This document shows positions 56,648 through 64,000 of a stretch of DNA of 64,000 bases, one piece after another (positions within the stretch are counted from its first letter, which is position 1; each line of letters starts with the position of its first letter). Position numbers and translations under genes: made by a program. Source of the DNA: a virus (taxonomy: Duplodnaviria; Caudoviricetes); IMG/VR virus record IMGVR_UViG_3300032138_000009, positions 1 to 64,000 of that record; one strand, 5' to 3'. Below the pieces are notes generated by a model, which was not told the DNA's origin, searched no databases, and saw only the letters and a list, made by a program, of their open reading frames with translations.

Positions 56648-56837
56648 CCTCTTCCTCTTTGGCTTCGGCTATCTTTCTTTTCCTTCTATCATACCAACGG
56701 TCTCCAGCCAACCACATAGGTGGTTGTCTACCATATATATCCTCATACCATTGGAATATCCATTCCTCTATATCGTGTTCTGTGACTGCATAGTCAATCT
56801 CCGATAATCTTTCTAATATATATTTATTTAATTTCAT
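56631..56837 (-). CDS. Hypothetical protein
   Basis: 68-aa ORF in operon. Confidence 0.5.
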   Translation of the reverse strand: MKLNKYILERLSEIDYAVTEHDIEEWIFQWYEDIYGRQPPMWLAGDRWYDRRKRKIAEAKEEEDAKKV

Positions 56838-56925
56838 TTCTAATCTTTCTCCATACTAGATATAAAAGTCCTACTAACGGCCCATCTATTATTGCTAAGA
56901 ATAATAGCCATTCTGTTAAGGTCAT
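56824..56925 (-). CDS. 33-aa single-TM micro-protein
   Basis: MTLTEWLLFLAIIDGPLVGLLYLVWRKIRNEIK; ATGA coupled. Confidence 0.55.
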   Translation of the reverse strand: MTLTEWLLFLAIIDGPLVGLLYLVWRKIRNEIK

Positions 56926-57611
56926 ATCCATTTTTCCCTTGCTCTCCGTAAGTCTAACACATTGTTATCAACTAAACGCACAGCAATACTTTTTAGTTCC
57001 TTGTCTTCTATACCACTAAAGTGGTCCTTCAATAAAAGGAACAAGTCTATTAGAGATATAGGTTCTCCATCTTTATCTTTAAGAAATTCTACTACTTCTT
57101 CAGGAACAACCCATTTATATTCTTGTTCCTCAGAGTTTAATAGAGAGGGTCTATACTTCTCAGCCACGAAAGGTTTTTTATCTAGTATATTAATATTATA
57201 CCCCTTTACTGGCCTTCCAGTAGATGTTTTTATCTTACCTCTTTCAATTTCAAAAACTATATCTGTAGGGTTTTTATTATCATTTATTATATTAGTAAAA
57301 AGCTTTTGAAAAAGTGTGTGGGTGGCAAGAGTAACTGATAAATACGATACTTCTGTTATACCTCCACCACTGTAGTGGCTTTGGTCATGATAAACCCCGT
57401 AAGTAAATTCGTTTATCTTAGCTACTCCTTGCACACAAAAAACACATTCACCTTCCTTTGCCCAACATTTTGTTCTCTTTCCACTCCCTTGATTCCAATG
57501 TTTTACTCTATGGATAGGAGATATAAAAGCGAATTGGACAAGAGTCTTCATCGACTCTTCTAACCATACTCTTTGACTTCTCTGTGACTGAATAAAATCG
57601 CTATAACTCAT
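56922..57611 (-). CDS. Putative Zn-binding ssDNA-binding protein (T4 gp32-like)
   Basis: H-x10-C-x6-CxxC and DIVFEIER...KGYNI OB-like segment; next to helicase. Confidence 0.45.
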   Translation of the reverse strand: MSYSDFIQSQRSQRVWLEESMKTLVQFAFISPIHRVKHWNQGSGKRTKCWAKEGECVFCVQGVAKINEFTYGVYHDQSHYSGGGITEVSYLSVTLATHTLFQKLFTNIINDNKNPTDIVFEIERGKIKTSTGRPVKGYNINILDKKPFVAEKYRPSLLNSEEQEYKWVVPEEVVEFLKDKDGEPISLIDLFLLLKDHFSGIEDKELKSIAVRLVDNNVLDLRRAREKWI

Positions 57612-58012
57612 TTAATGGTTATCTTTTTACCATCCAAACTTTTATCTTTCTGGATTTTAATATCTAATACACCATTATTTAAATTAGCTGTTACGTCATC
57701 AGGATTTAACATAGTCTCAAATCTCTTTTCAAAACTATAATCTCTTCCTTCTGTCTCAGCCTTTACAGATACTTTAAACTTACTAACATTCAAATCTATA
57801 TCTTTCTTTTGGACACCGGGCATATCTATGGTGAGGGTTATGTTATGTTTATTATCTTCCCAATCACCTATATCTTTCTCTTCTCGCATAGAAGGAACTT
57901 GTATGCCTGAAAAACGTGGACGACCTTCATACCATCCTCCAGTTTTTTCCATCATATCCATCCAAGTATCCATTATCTCTCCCAAAGCCTCATCTATAGG
58001 ATTCTTTTTCAT
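57608..58012 (-). CDS. Small heat shock protein (Hsp20)
   Basis: TIDMPGVQKKDIDLNV...VTANLNNGVLDIKIQK alpha-crystallin motif. Confidence 0.9.
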   Translation of the reverse strand: MKKNPIDEALGEIMDTWMDMMEKTGGWYEGRPRFSGIQVPSMREEKDIGDWEDNKHNITLTIDMPGVQKKDIDLNVSKFKVSVKAETEGRDYSFEKRFETMLNPDDVTANLNNGVLDIKIQKDKSLDGKKITIK

Positions 58013-58014
58013 AT

Positions 58015-58227
58015 CTAATCCTCTATCTTTGATACTTTTTGGTCTACTCTTTTCATCACACGGAAGTATGGCTTACTTGCACCTTCTTTCCAATATGAGT
58101 TTCTGAACATAACATACTCTTCACCAGCTTCATTCTTGCCTGTGTAGTATACGTTTCCGTTCTTATCTGTGTTCCGGAACAATCCGGCTACCAATTCTAG
58201 TTCTGTCTTTTTTCTTTCTTCTGACAT
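58015..58227 (-). CDS. Small beta-rich hypothetical protein, possible nucleic-acid binder
   Basis: AGLFRNTDKNGNVYYTG...VMFRN...KPYFRV. Confidence 0.5.
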   Translation of the reverse strand: MSEERKKTELELVAGLFRNTDKNGNVYYTGKNEAGEEYVMFRNSYWKEGASKPYFRVMKRVDQKVSKIED

Positions 58228-58232
58228 ACTTC

Positions 58233-58442
58233 TCACTCCATACCCAGAGTTACTGGGTTATTTAAAGCTTTCGCTTTCACTATCTTTCCAGTTTTAGCAT
58301 CTACATATGCTCCAAACTTCGACACCTGTATCTCTTCTACAGGTTCTATCTTACTTTTTTTGTAGTCTTTATGTCTGGGTGCAGGACAATCTATATCATC
58401 CTTAATACTACCCATACATATACCACAGAGTCGCCTAGCCAT
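58233..58442 (-). CDS. Zn-finger micro-protein
   Basis: CGIC-x7-C-x4-H. Confidence 0.55.
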   Translation of the reverse strand: MARRLCGICMGSIKDDIDCPAPRHKDYKKSKIEPVEEIQVSKFGAYVDAKTGKIVKAKALNNPVTLGME

Positions 58443-58713
58443 AGTGTCTGCTTACGTCTCCTTGTTGATTCATCTGCTGAATATTAATCTCTAACAATTT
58501 ATCACCATACTTTTCCATTAGTTTATCTAAGGTAGAGGTGAAAATATCACTAACATCTATATTTCTATCTGGAACCAACTCCATATGGAAAGTTCCTATT
58601 CTCATAACATGTGTCATCTGAGTATCTTTCTTTGCAGTTTCTATCTTAGCTGCTATTAGTTCACTTGCCATATCTGCTATGGCTCCTGTATCATTAGAAG
58701 ACGAATCGGTCAT
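58435..58713 (-). CDS. Hypothetical protein
   Basis: 92-aa ORF, coupled. Confidence 0.55.
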   Translation of the reverse strand: MTDSSSNDTGAIADMASELIAAKIETAKKDTQMTHVMRIGTFHMELVPDRNIDVSDIFTSTLDKLMEKYGDKLLEINIQQMNQQGDVSRHYG

Positions 58714-58960
58714 CTACTAACTCCAGTTTTATTAATACCTTTCTTAGGTTTTTTATCATTCCTTGCGTCTCTCCTATATCATTAGATAGGTGACTTATCT
58801 TATCATCAAGAAACTCTATACGTTCTACGACATCTTCTATGTTCTTCATAAAAGGATACCAATTACTTTCTTCTTCGTATCTTTGAGTTCTTCTGATTAT
58901 TCCGTCTGCCCACATTGTATGGCTTTCTTCCGTTTCTTTTTCCTCTTGTTTCGTTCTCAT
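58694..58960 (-). CDS. Coiled-coil hypothetical protein
   Basis: 88 aa with heptad C-terminal half. Confidence 0.5.
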   Translation of the reverse strand: MRTKQEEKETEESHTMWADGIIRRTQRYEEESNWYPFMKNIEDVVERIEFLDDKISHLSNDIGETQGMIKNLRKVLIKLELVDDRFVF

Positions 58961-59222
58961 ATTTATTCCTCTTTAATGTTTTCATTAATATCTTATTCTT
59001 GCGTGGGTTTATGTGATAGTCTTGACCTGTCCATGCGTCTTTGTAATATCTTACATATCCCATCCAATAATCTCTACAGTTTTCTTCAGTAGGTTCTAAA
59101 CCTCTTATCTTACACTTCTCCATAAGACGCTGAACCATCTTATTTGTCTTACCTTTAGCCCATATGCGTTCAAAGGCTTCCCATCTTTCATTACGTCGTG
59201 GTTGTTTATTCTCTTCAGTCAT
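58863..59222 (-). CDS. Basic hypothetical protein
   Basis: 119-aa ORF. Confidence 0.5.
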   Translation of the reverse strand: MTEENKQPRRNERWEAFERIWAKGKTNKMVQRLMEKCKIRGLEPTEENCRDYWMGYVRYYKDAWTGQDYHINPRKNKILMKTLKRNKYENETRGKRNGRKPYNVGRRNNQKNSKIRRRK

Positions 59223-59307
59223 CCTTTATACTCCCACAGTGAGGACAATTAAAGTTATGAGCTTTCTTCATACCTATATAGTCTCCACCACATCTTATAC
59301 ATCTCAT
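59215..59307 (-). CDS. 30-aa CxxC..CxxC Zn-ribbon micro-protein
   Basis: MRCIRCGGDYIGMKKAHNFNCPHCGSIKDD; ATGA coupled. Confidence 0.6.
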   Translation of the reverse strand: MRCIRCGGDYIGMKKAHNFNCPHCGSIKDD

Positions 59308-59387
59308 AACCAATACACTCCTATTATCATTCCAAAGCCTAAGCCAAATAGGAATCCAGATAACATATCTAATTGTTGATTAGTCAT
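59304..59387 (-). CDS. 27-aa TM micro-protein
   Basis: MTNQQLDMLSGFLFGLGFGMIIGVYWL. Confidence 0.5.
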   Translation of the reverse strand: MTNQQLDMLSGFLFGLGFGMIIGVYWL

Positions 59388-59493
59388 ATAGACCAATCCC
59401 TAATTCTTCTTCAGCCATCTCTACAGCTATATCAAATAAATATTCACTCGTTAAGCATAACTCACGAGCCATAGCTAATACTTTTTCATTCAT
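59380..59493 (-). CDS. 37-aa acidic micro-protein
   Basis: MNEKVLAMARELCLTSEYLFDIAVEMAEEELGIGLYD; overlaps both neighbours. Confidence 0.45.
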   Translation of the reverse strand: MNEKVLAMARELCLTSEYLFDIAVEMAEEELGIGLYD

Positions 59494-59668
59494 AGTGTTT
59501 CCTCACTTCTTTCTTTATAGTATCACGAACAGCATCTTCTATCTGTTGCCCGAAAAGATTTAAAAACATTTCGGCTTGTTTAGTTGTTATTAGTCTATCT
59601 CTTTCTCTTATTATATGCCTAACCATTGAAGGTGTTATTCTTATAACTATAAGTCTTTCTTCTATCAT
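59486..59668 (-). CDS. Hypothetical protein
   Basis: GAGGT SD before ATG 59668. Confidence 0.5.
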   Translation of the reverse strand: MIEERLIVIRITPSMVRHIIRERDRLITTKQAEMFLNLFGQQIEDAVRDTIKKEVRKHYE

Positions 59669-59777
59669 ACTAATAACCTCGTATAACATACATAACAGTA
59701 AGGACTACCATTAGTATCTTTGTATTTAACATAGTTTAGTGCTAACTTGCATCTGCACGTGTTACAATCTACTGTGT

Positions 59778-60119
59778 TCATCCAAACATACCATTAGCTG
59801 TATTATCTAAATCCATATTGATTTTATCGAGTGCGGCCATACGTTTCTCTACCTCACCCATTCTACCTTTAGCATTAGATAACATCATTTCAAAGACTTT
59901 AACTAAGGCTAATACAGACATCTCTTGCCATCTGTTAAGTTTATAATACTTATTAACCTTTTTTAAGTTTGGCCCTATCGCTGTTATTTCTAACTCATTA
60001 AATACCTTTACTAGAAGTTCCCACTCTTCTATCTCTTCTTCAGACATTAAATCTTTAAGAGATAAAACAGCATCTTCATCATTGTATTGGGCTAAGAACC
60101 CATCGAGTAACTCACCCAT
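59778..60119 (-). CDS. Hypothetical helical protein
   Basis: 113-aa ORF. Confidence 0.55.
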   Translation of the reverse strand: MGELLDGFLAQYNDEDAVLSLKDLMSEEEIEEWELLVKVFNELEITAIGPNLKKVNKYYKLNRWQEMSVLALVKVFEMMLSNAKGRMGEVEKRMAALDKINMDLDNTANGMFG

Positions 60120-60121
60120 AT

Positions 60122-60427
60122 TTAAATGACCATTCGGTCTATACGGTAAGCTCTAACATGTTGAGGGTATTGATTTGCATATTGTTTAAGGTTGTATCTA
60201 TTATCTACACCCACAGCATATACCATACCTTCACTTGATACTCTTACATCTTCTACTAAGATATTTCTAACTGACTTACTATCACTATCATGTTTCCATG
60301 TAGTAAAATCGAAAGCAGTTCTATTCTCAGGATTATACCTGAAGCTGACTTGTTTGTGGTTTCCTGTTCGCTGATAGTGTTCAGCCGCTTTGTAAACCAT
60401 ATCAAATATTTTTGTTCTCATTGACAT
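60122..60427 (-). CDS. Standalone WYL-like domain protein
   Basis: VSFRY...RNILVEDV...YAVGVD...RAYRIDRM matches the WYL pattern. Confidence 0.55.
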   Translation of the reverse strand: MSMRTKIFDMVYKAAEHYQRTGNHKQVSFRYNPENRTAFDFTTWKHDSDSKSVRNILVEDVRVSSEGMVYAVGVDNRYNLKQYANQYPQHVRAYRIDRMVI

Positions 60428-60448
60428 AACCTAACAGTGTCTAAAGGG

Positions 60449-60457
60449 TATTTAAAG
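60449..60457 (-). promoter_or_regulatory. TATA box (GGAAAG-CTTTAAATA), leaderless
   Basis: ATG at 60427 is 22 nt downstream. Confidence 0.65.
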
Positions 60458-60537
60458 CTTTCCCCAACCCCCATATCACTGATTGAATCATATAGACCCT
60501 TAACTGGTCTATCCTTGAAATCTCTAATGGGATGATA

Positions 60538-60669
60538 TCACTCATAGTTCATAGTTTTTTCGTTATAGGTAAACTTTTTGGGCGTGCATACAACACACCT
60601 CCATTTACCTTCAGCATCTATAACTATAGCTCTGCCATCGCATCTATCACATCTACTTCTTGTTAACAT
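60538..60669 (-). CDS. 43-aa Zn-ribbon micro-protein
   Basis: MLTRSRCDRCDGRAIVIDAEGKWRCVVCTPKK... Confidence 0.6.
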   Translation of the reverse strand: MLTRSRCDRCDGRAIVIDAEGKWRCVVCTPKKFTYNEKTMNYE

Positions 60670-60677
60670 ATTCCCCC

Positions 60678-60944
60678 TCATGTAAACCATAAATAGTAAC
60701 CTATTACAGTTAAACATATTAGGTTGCCTACAGTATATAATAGTATCTCTCTTATACTATAATCTTTCTTTTTAGTCATTACTTTCCTTTGAACTGCTTG
60801 AACACTCTTCACTTGGAAATGAGGTATAGCGTTCCAGCACTCATCACATAGATATGCTCTAATGTGTGGTTCCTCAGACATATAGTGTATCTTACATCTA
60901 TTACAGTTATGCCATAATGCTTTGTAGTATGTGGGTTTATCCAT
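60678..60944 (-). CDS. Zn-finger protein with C-terminal TM
   Basis: CNRC...CDEC; ILLYTVGNLICLTVIGYYLWF. Confidence 0.6.
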   Translation of the reverse strand: MDKPTYYKALWHNCNRCKIHYMSEEPHIRAYLCDECWNAIPHFQVKSVQAVQRKVMTKKKDYSIREILLYTVGNLICLTVIGYYLWFT

Positions 60945-61080
60945 AAAAATTATCCTTTGGTGCTTTATCTCTACCTAATCCTTTAGCATAACAGTCATCA
61001 CATACATATACTTTAAAACTCGATGACCATAAAGTTACTCTATGGCAGTATATACATTCTAATCTTTTACTTTCTTTCAT
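60937..61080 (-). CDS. 47-aa Zn-ribbon micro-protein
   Basis: MKESKRLECIYC...VCDDC; ATGA coupled start. Confidence 0.6.
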   Translation of the reverse strand: MKESKRLECIYCHRVTLWSSSFKVYVCDDCYAKGLGRDKAPKDNFYG

Positions 61081-61190
61081 TTGCTTACCCTCCATAGGTA
61101 ATACTCTATAACTAGGAATGTCCATATCACTCCAAAGAATATTATATCTAAATGGTTTGGGCTATCATATTCACTTAGTCTTTCAATCAT
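61077..61190 (-). CDS. 37-aa TM micro-protein
   Basis: MIERLSEYDSPNHLDIIFFGVIWTFLVIEYYLWRVSK. Confidence 0.5.
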   Translation of the reverse strand: MIERLSEYDSPNHLDIIFFGVIWTFLVIEYYLWRVSK

Positions 61191-61720
61191 TTTATAATCT
61201 GTTCATATACTTTCTGTAAGTTCCATCTCAGTGGTGCTTTCAACCGTTCTATAGGGATAGCATGCTTATCAAACCAATCCCATTTAACACTCTTATGTTT
61301 ATATTTTTTACTATATAAATATTTGGCTTGAGCTGGTGTTATAGCCCATGCTTTCTTGTTTCTAAATTCTTCTCTTCTGATACATATAAGCGATATACCG
61401 CCCTTCCTCACTAACTGCTCTCCTTCCTTTATCTGATGAGCAGCGATAGAACGGCCACTACCATACCATAGAGGAAAGCTAGTAAGGTTCCTACTAGTTT
61501 TAGCCTCAAGCATAATTGGTCTTCCTCTGTATACGCTAAAGAAGTCTGCTGGTTGTTTCTCTGCAACAGCAATCTTAACGAATCTGTTAATGTCATTTGT
61601 ATCTTGTATCCTAAACCACCATATATGTTTAGCACTTCTCAGCGACCTACGTATCTCATTCTCAAAATTTTTCCCTGTATCTCCCTTTCTCTTTCGTTTT
61701 ACCATAGTTAGTAGCTCCAT
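61187..61720 (-). CDS. Holliday junction resolvase (RecU/Hjc-like PD-(D/E)XK)
   Basis: GKNFENEI...ADFFSVYRGRPIMLEAKTS. Confidence 0.75.
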   Translation of the reverse strand: MELLTMVKRKRKGDTGKNFENEIRRSLRSAKHIWWFRIQDTNDINRFVKIAVAEKQPADFFSVYRGRPIMLEAKTSRNLTSFPLWYGSGRSIAAHQIKEGEQLVRKGGISLICIRREEFRNKKAWAITPAQAKYLYSKKYKHKSVKWDWFDKHAIPIERLKAPLRWNLQKVYEQIIK

Positions 61721-61800
61721 TGAGCCATTATAGGCTTAATATATATATCTATAGGGGCTATATATAGCTTGTGTAATAGAACATGCATAATAGAGCCTCT

Positions 61801-61923
61801 TCAAAAGAAGTCTAAGATATCCAATATTCCTACTGAACAGGTCGCACATTGTCCTGCATATAAATCTGCTTCTGCTAATGATATTCGTTTAGCACACATA
61901 CGGCAGTATCTATCTATCATCAT
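61801..61923 (-). CDS. 40-aa Zn-ribbon micro-protein with PIP-like tail
   Basis: MMIDRYCRMCAKRISLAEADLYAGQCATCSVGILDILDFF; coupled to ligase stop. Confidence 0.55.
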   Translation of the reverse strand: MMIDRYCRMCAKRISLAEADLYAGQCATCSVGILDILDFF

Positions 61924-62750
61924 CTATATTCCTCTGGAAATTGCTCAAAGGTGCATTCTTCAGGAGTCTTATCATATCTCCACATCTTAAACTTAGGATG
62001 CCTTATACTTCCTGAAGGATACCACCCATTACCTTTAGCAGTAAAGACTGTGCCTATCTGTGCTTCGGGTTTCTCAGTAAATAACTTACGTTGAGTATCA
62101 GTTAGACCCCCACATGTCACATATACTTCTTTGTCAGCTAACGTTCCTATAACTGCACCAACCTGTCCTTCATATTTAGTTCCTTTATCAGCAGGTCTGA
62201 AACCCACACAAGTATAATCTACTTCTACTACTGTTTTCATTCTAGCCCAAGCATTCTTATCACTATAAAAACTACTACTATTCTTAAAGACTAGACCTTC
62301 ATACCCTTCATCCATAACATACCTATTCCATGCAATTTTCCATTTAGGTGTTCTCCATGTTTTCAAAGGATATACAAATCCAAAATTATTTTCTCGTAAT
62401 ACATGTCTATCTAAAGTATTTAATCTCTCAGCTAAAGGTTCTTCTGTTAAATCCTGTCCTTTATATTTCACACAGTCAAAGGCATAGAAGTGTCCATCAC
62501 AGTCATGTCTATGCGCCCAATGACTATTCTTCATAAACTCACCAAGTATCATAGTCTCATCTTTCTCATATGTGTCCAGATGTCCTGATGCCTTTAGTTT
62601 CCCTGTTCGAGAATATATATTCCATTCTCCGTAAGACATAACCATACATCCCCACATACCATCCATCTTTAACTGAACTATGTCATACTCTTCAGGTATA
62701 GTCATACCGTCATAGTATCTCAACTCTTTAAACTTTGGCCTATCCATCAT
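61920..62750 (-). CDS. lig: Minimal ATP-dependent DNA ligase
   Basis: KMDG adenylation motif, LGEF, YAFD, YEGLVFK, ARMK, OB fold with SIRHPKF. Confidence 0.9.
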   Translation of the reverse strand: MMDRPKFKELRYYDGMTIPEEYDIVQLKMDGMWGCMVMSYGEWNIYSRTGKLKASGHLDTYEKDETMILGEFMKNSHWAHRHDCDGHFYAFDCVKYKGQDLTEEPLAERLNTLDRHVLRENNFGFVYPLKTWRTPKWKIAWNRYVMDEGYEGLVFKNSSSFYSDKNAWARMKTVVEVDYTCVGFRPADKGTKYEGQVGAVIGTLADKEVYVTCGGLTDTQRKLFTEKPEAQIGTVFTAKGNGWYPSGSIRHPKFKMWRYDKTPEECTFEQFPEEYR

Positions 62751-62926
62751 AGTTGGTCACGCATATAATCCCTAACCATCTTTATACTATCTCTTAAAGA
62801 TTCATTATCCGTAATCTCAGCTACTTCAAAATCTAAATCAGCTATAAACATAGACATTACTCTCGGTGTCATATAGTCCTTGAGTATTTTTAATATGTGT
62901 AATGCTTCTGTCCTACTTGTTACCAT
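62747..62926 (-). CDS. 59-aa hypothetical protein
   Basis: MVTSRTEALHILKILKDYMTPRVMS...; ATGA coupled to ligase. Confidence 0.5.
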   Translation of the reverse strand: MVTSRTEALHILKILKDYMTPRVMSMFIADLDFEVAEITDNESLRDSIKMVRDYMRDQL

Positions 62927-63001
62927 AGTTTCTCGGTCTCAATATCATCTTTTTCTTGCTACGCCCTAAGCGTTTATCCATCCATACTAATAGTTCTCTT
63001 A

Positions 63002-63181
63002 TCATTCTTCTTCCTCGTCTAAATCAGGTTTCCATATACCATTATCCACTATACCTTTAAGCCATTCATCTTGATATCTCAGTGGCATTTGATAATGTAT
63101 TATCTCGGCTATCGTGCTGATAGCGAATTTCAGTGCTTCTATCTCTTCGTTCTTTATCTTTTGATACTCTTGTATTTTCAT
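63002..63181 (-). CDS. Hypothetical protein
   Basis: GGAG SD before ATG 63181; downstream of TATA 63215-63223. Confidence 0.55.
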   Translation of the reverse strand: MKIQEYQKIKNEEIEALKFAISTIAEIIHYQMPLRYQDEWLKGIVDNGIWKPDLDEEEE

Positions 63182-63214
63182 TTTTGTTTCTCCTAATATC
63201 ATAATATTTCATTT

Positions 63215-63223
63215 TATTTAAAG
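63215..63223 (-). promoter_or_regulatory. TATA box (CTTTAAATA)
   Basis: Same motif as 23609 and 60449. Confidence 0.6.
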
Positions 63224-63239
63224 GTTGTGGTAGAGAGAG

Positions 63240-63774
63240 ATATAACCCAAAACAAAACTAAGAGATGTTCTCACATCAACACATCTATATACTTATCTTA
63301 ACTACCGCTTAGGCTGTTGTGCAGGGGTATATGTGCTATCAGTATACCACAGCCATCCTTGTTTATCACTCGCAATGAGCTTACTCCTTGATGCTTGAAA
63401 GGTATACCTGCGTTCTCGGTCTAAGTAAAGATGTGTGTTCTCATAACTGTGAACGTATATCTTTATCTCCTCACCAGCAGAACGCTTTGATAGGTCTCGC
63501 TTGACGTAAAGGTAGACGCATAATGATTAGCTAATCTCCTTTACTTGGTTCTCTTATAGGTATCACCATATTGATACCATACCTATCTCATAGTGTTTAG
63601 TCCTACTCATCCTACTTATAGATAGAGGTAGGGGTGGCCTTGTGTTATCACTATGTATATCTCAGTGGCTTCTGGGCGTATGATTCAAGTCTCTACCACT
63701 TTAGTGGGATAGAAGCGGAAAAAGGAGGTAAAATATGAGCCAACAAAAAAATGTTGTATTCCACTTCTATCCTA
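63240..63774. ncRNA. Hairpin-rich non-coding region (candidate structured RNA or origin)
   Basis: About 530 nt with no convincing long gene; at least six stems, several with G-U pairs on the + strand. Confidence 0.4.
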
Positions 63775-63996
63775 TCACTGTGTTTTGAGTTTATCGTATG
63801 CTATTCCCATAGCATCTTGTATTTGTTTCTGTGTTCTTATACGGCCATCAGAAGTATATAGGTTCAGTCCGTTATCAGATATAACTTCGTTAATCTCTTC
63901 AGCAGACCATTTCTTATCTCCATACTTCTCATGACATATAGCCTTGATGAGTTTCATGCGAGGCTTCCCTAACTTTCCTATTACATTCATGCCCAT
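63775..63996 (-). CDS. Hypothetical protein, may start beyond the window edge
   Basis: 73-aa ORF at window end. Confidence 0.5.
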   Translation of the reverse strand: MGMNVIGKLGKPRMKLIKAICHEKYGDKKWSAEEINEVISDNGLNLYTSDGRIRTQKQIQDAMGIAYDKLKTQ

Positions 63997-64000
63997 ATAA

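Noticed and set aside
56859-56868. TATA-like box upstream of 56837
   Set aside because: Falls inside the coupled 33-aa TM ORF (56824-56925) and deviates from the consensus
247-62536. Many track ORFs antisense to or nested within clear genes (e.g. 1256-1576, 3037-3462, 7006-7491, 48828-49151, 51619-52008)
   Set aside because: Shadow frames of well-supported genes with no SD, coupling or motif
63304-63530. Open frame of about 75 codons on the - strand inside the non-coding region
   Set aside because: No start codon after the upstream TAA and no recognisable motif; could be a gene remnant but unsupported
63627-63698. tRNA-like element (72 nt, 7-bp acceptor-like stem, TTCAA, ends ACCA)
   Set aside because: No proper T-arm stem, D-arm or 7-nt anticodon loop at canonical positions; kept only as part of the structured region
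1-64000. Alternative genetic code or stop reassignment
   Set aside because: Standard code gives full-length conserved proteins and dense gene packing with all three stops used

Overview
This window is a large part of an AT-rich, head-tailed (HK97-fold, siphovirus-like) archaeal virus genome. It is most consistent with a magrovirus-like virus of Marine Group II/Poseidoniales. That host assignment is inferred from archaeal TATA promoters, aIF-1A, a fused PriS-PriL primase, a PolB with a PIP box, and GC-x5-NY-x7-DDGSC surface repeats. The + strand (0.5-44.6 kb) carries a translationally coupled membrane/micropeptide module, TerS/TerL, portal, protease with nested scaffold, decoration protein and MCP. 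It continues with two giant fibre proteins, neck genes, two tail-tube paralogs, a frameshifted tail chaperone, tape measure and tail tip. The - strand (44.6-64 kb) carries class II RNR, a micro-protein cluster, primase, a degenerate HAD, GT4 glycosyltransferase, PolB, MazG, aIF-1A, an MCM-like ATPase, a gp32-like SSB, Hsp20, Zn-finger micro-proteins, a WYL-like protein, resolvase and ligase. A roughly 530-nt hairpin-rich non-coding region lies near the right end. Best novelty candidates: the 510-2978 envelope module (sequon-saturated glycoproteins, holin-like protein, 21-aa 9-Cys peptide, Ala-rich hairpin), the structured leader at 2429-2491, and the structured region at 63240-63790. All family calls come from reading motifs by eye; no database search was run.
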